From Giardia intestinalis (lineage: Eukaryota): 64,000 nucleotides of DNA. How positions within the stretch are numbered: position 1 is the first letter of the stretch; the number at the start of each line of letters is the position of its first letter. The stretch lies in the NCBI GenBank assembly GCA_000002435.2, contig CM018793.1, one strand, 5' to 3'. This document shows positions 61,801 through 64,000 of the stretch, in pieces. A program made the position numbers and the translations under genes. The notes beneath the pieces were generated by a model, which saw only the letters and a list, made by a program, of their open reading frames with translations, was not told where the DNA came from and did no database searches.

Positions 61801-64000
61801 CTTGTAAGCCAGCGCATGTCGAAAATAGTGCCAAAGACAGACGATGCGCAAAGTATACCCATGTCCCCGTCCGATAGCTTCTTAGAGTTTCTCAAACCAA
61901 GAAAGCGTCTTAAGATAACCTGATCTATGTCAGGAATCGCGTCTAGAGCAGTCTTGCTATAGCGCGCTTGCGAGCCTGTGATGCCAGAAATACCATACAG
62001 CGTCAGAATCAGCAATTTGATGTTGAGCATTATTGACCCTGATTTCCTCAAGATCTGCTCCACCAAGTCCACCGTATTAACAGATGGGAGTCCTCCCTTT
62101 CCTTCTGGGCCATCTGGCGATAACATGAGGGACTTCAATATAAAGGTTTGTGCCATGTCATCTGGAACTTGATCCAGTAAGATGTAAGACGGGTTAAGCA
62201 AGCGTTTGACTGCTAAGTTGAAGCTGTATGGCCGGGCAAATAGGTCTTTAATCTTTAGCTCTTGGTTGGAATTGCGTGCAGAAGCAGAATATCCTTGAAC
62301 ATAGCTTTGCTTTATACCAGAAGAGAGAACCGATGCCCCTGAGGCGCTGTTGACGCTAGTTGATGAGCGTGCGTCATCAACTGTCGACTGAGCCTGCGTC
62401 TTGGTACTAGCTTGATGAGTGGGAGACTCTTTGGATAGCACCTTGAAGGACGATAAGATCTTTTTTGCTCTGCTGTACTGCTTGCCAGAAACAGGAGAGA
62501 CAGCATCATCCTTTGTATTCGGCGCAGAGTCAGGTGTTCCAGTCCATGAAAAGCTCTCGGGATATATGCAAGGGGAAAGAGACTCACTTAAAATGACATA
62601 AAATCTATCAACATTGAGATTGCCTACGAAAGAATAAAATCTTTTGATGAAGTCCTTACTGCACTCAGAGACTAGGTCGTCGAGAACAAGGACAAAGACA
62701 GATGCACGGGTAAGCACAGAGCGAACCAAAATCCCAAAGACGGACTCATAGTAATCTATGGAGACAGCAGTTTTAATATCATCTAGCTTCCCGCGTATGT
62801 TCATTGCTGCAGCCAGAGATGGTAGAACAAAGGGTAACTTAGCTAGTATACTGGGATTCATCTTTTCTCCGATGCTACTGAGCAAGGGCTTGTCATCTAA
62901 CCTAGCGATATACCTAGCAAGATAGAGATCTATCAAATGAAACTCACCGTCGAACTCAATGTACGAGTGTGTGAGCTTGCACTTTATATCATCTTCTGTG
63001 AGATACAACATGGGCGACAATTCTGGGCCTGAAATACAAGACAGCACATCACCATTATCCTCTGTTTGTATGTGACTTTCAAATCGCTTCAGTTGCTCGG
63101 GTGTTTCAATTTCTTGCATACTTTTAGGCAACTCCCTAATCAGGTGTGAAGTTGTGTGACACATTCTGTAGTAGGTAGCATCGCATGTGTAAAGGTTGCG
63201 CTCATCATCAAACGCAAAAGAGCTAGAGATTTGCTTGAAAGGCACATAAAGGCAGAAGCCGAGCAGGCTATCTCTGACTATACGCATTAGGTCCCCAAGC
63301 AACACAGACCTGCCAGATCCCCGTAGGCCAGCCAAGCAGCAAATCTTTTTCAGAGGTCGAGCTGCACACTGGGTCTTAGTTGAAGAATAGGCAAATAAGT
63401 TTTGCTGAAGGGCCGGAGTCTCCTTTTTTATATTTTCGAACGCTAACATTGCTTTTCTAGTGGCTAAAATGTCATATATCTCTGGAAGCTCTACCGAATA
63501 ATGGGACGCCGTATAGCACTCGACTACATAGTTAGTATCTGTCTTGAAAAGAGCTCGACGAAATTCAACCGGAAAAGTCTCTGAAATGTTCTTCAGTATT
63601 GCTTGAATGTGTATGTCATTGAATGAGAGCCGTATGGAGAGCATTCTCTTCACCATCACCTCAGAGGATAGAGGGTTTATGGGCATGTTCTTAGGTAAGG
63701 ATGCCTCGAGAAGCATTGCTGGGTTTGCGTTGACCGCCTTCCAATAATTCAAAATGTCAGTGTGAGCCTCTGCTGCAGAAAGATAGATCCGAGACTCTGA
63801 AAGGCACAGCAGGCGTAAGATAAACTCGTTGCAGAATGGACCCAAGCTGTACTGCTGGAGCTTCTTGAGCGCGTCCTCCCTTGCTCGTCTCCACCCCGGT
63901 TCTGCGTCATGATATTTCAGTGAGAACGGGGAGGGTGGACACTCTTGCGTGAGAAGCTTGTAGAGGAAAAACCCCATTTGGTAAAGGTCTGTAAGTGGGC
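58878..64000 (-). CDS. Very large protein: kinase domain (only the C-lobe is in the window), a P-loop-like region and long helical repeats; 5' end outside the window
   Basis: The frame stays open upstream of the first Met to base 64000. It reads ...PLTDLYQMGFFLYKLLTQECPP, which is kinase subdomain IX, and then FILRLLCLSESRIYLSAAEAHTD, subdomain XI. GLRGSGRS at 63306-63329 is Walker-A-like with Lys replaced by Arg. VFVLVLDDLVSEC lies near 62670-62700. The remaining ~1200 aa are alpha-helical repeat-like. Confidence 0.8.
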   Translation of the reverse strand, partial: PLTDLYQMGFFLYKLLTQECPPSPFSLKYHDAEPGWRRAREDALKKLQQYSLGPFCNEFILRLLCLSESRIYLSAAEAHTDILNYWKAVNANPAMLLEASLPKNMPINPLSSEVMVKRMLSIRLSFNDIHIQAILKNISETFPVEFRRALFKTDTNYVVECYTASHYSVELPEIYDILATRKAMLAFENIKKETPALQQNLFAYSSTKTQCAARPLKKICCLAGLRGSGRSVLLGDLMRIVRDSLLGFCLYVPFKQISSSFAFDDERNLYTCDATYYRMCHTTSHLIRELPKSMQEIETPEQLKRFESHIQTEDNGDVLSCISGPELSPMLYLTEDDIKCKLTHSYIEFDGEFHLIDLYLARYIARLDDKPLLSSIGEKMNPSILAKLPFVLPSLAAAMNIRGKLDDIKTAVSIDYYESVFGILVRSVLTRASVFVLVLDDLVSECSKDFIKRFYSFVGNLNVDRFYVILSESLSPCIYPESFSWTGTPDSAPNTKDDAVSPVSGKQYSRAKKILSSFKVLSKESPTHQASTKTQAQSTVDDARSSTSVNSASGASVLSSGIKQSYVQGYSASARNSNQELKIKDLFARPYSFNLAVKRLLNPSYILLDQVPDDMAQTFILKSLMLSPDGPEGKGGLPSVNTVDLVEQILRKSGSIMLNIKLLILTLYGISGITGSQARYSKTALDAIPDIDQVILRRFLGLRNSKKLSDGDMGILCASSVFGTIFDMRWLTSALNYSNDDVILTSLTELSNMHLISCAPQFVQLRHPLYAQGGADHGVDLAHNPYNPNKSTNRIGYIFLFNNISLCKVLEESFTSGMSQKLFLIALYLRKRWIARDSVLERKSDLKPSLYIRNYDPRELETGELIRKLHLDFVSLLRASGKAADVSLNDLQINKASLSLRIALRTHKTFFFDHNMGVNNWQQQEAFLKQMEADLRTPSTRACLLEQYDGLFVDITKLLKCLNPCASKLLDIYDQYELLRLNTYACDILSKSFADISKYLSMAKSAEHEIWTAMAMLCLNPMERQNWSLSNYKVVAQKRPLLTFKTANSLDLDSLLKCTIGVLSNPNSAHSSPITSGNADALPGKPNALQSLVSKSDPNGTDPTDMIDTMYNETIQVGTDSELTALYNAFPLLFNFTCANSICYSVQSIRFTTRYNLVQSTYVTDKLSNEVYKHYWLGLIWEWTLGMIQSNKPARAVSIAVSMLQKLLGDEAHINAFLPMITMNKSIHRDTIVATLSLLFTTNLVEGNGLKPHPQAAIMVAFDSLKSPSTPYALMQYMKRASLLERSIQKLLFLIFYALFLRDLTELYLSLAAAMVERCLLYGTTIEGIAMIGILAAIAPSYIHELPKAAMFHIVKAVAEMLQLEETKSQKTMGSAERSLQSYNFIPPLLSYIFELTSIHILPHIDQTVRAHLISYKQTIYLLSSDVVENVISQPLALCLYATSAFLSFRNASELETLAFECQVAYNNMVAIKECVFNVCIFVIACCCKYFRIRNEAELLEKDNITFISTQKSEGAPTDDSESTPFTSKGAKAIYKESLPDFDSISILSIQYMRSDATLLPSKLVCSVLLEAYARAGLLVKALYVARRVLQIFPPTSHGFINILTFTRVALVHIAVVDTAVISQRSADYLAQSLLDIIYRSTGFKGAYKRMADVIMAGLSYIRGCHINNVLSILSQHRDLKSNSKPLREQLEEYGARFFLDVLLTT

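Noticed and set aside
1-64000. CRISPR arrays, prokaryotic defence islands, integrons and prophage
   Set aside because: There are no short direct repeats with regular spacers and no prokaryotic gene content. The window is eukaryotic throughout.

Overview
This is eukaryotic nuclear DNA, not prokaryotic. Long intron-free ORFs sit 10-600 bp apart and some overlap. The gene content is eukaryote-only: VPS4, DNA polymerase epsilon and alpha B-subunits, Bud32, RNase P Rpr2, Hikeshi, an RPAP3-like TPR protein and a TMBIM protein. There is also a NEK-type kinase fused to about 20 ankyrin repeats with the TALMxAA signature, a CXXC-rich type-I membrane protein, and AGTRAAY motifs at stop codons. Together these fit a Giardia-type diplomonad best; this is inference, since no search was possible. 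I call 20 protein-coding genes. The outstanding structure is a 22.1-kb palindrome at 26261-48367. Two 9.3-kb arms are reverse complements of each other, and the only difference I found is one 1-bp indel. They enclose a 3.4-kb spacer holding exactly one gene, the NEK-ankyrin kinase. The arms are visibly GC-richer than the surrounding genes and have no long ORF. Each arm contains a frameshifted YxDD reverse transcriptase/RNase H relic bounded by its own short inverted termini. Each also contains a tRNA-like Pol III gene lying 1-2 nt from one terminus of that relic. I saw no CRISPR array, rRNA or operon-like organisation. I checked arm identity through the mirrored ORF translations and several spot checks, not base by base over all 9.3 kb.
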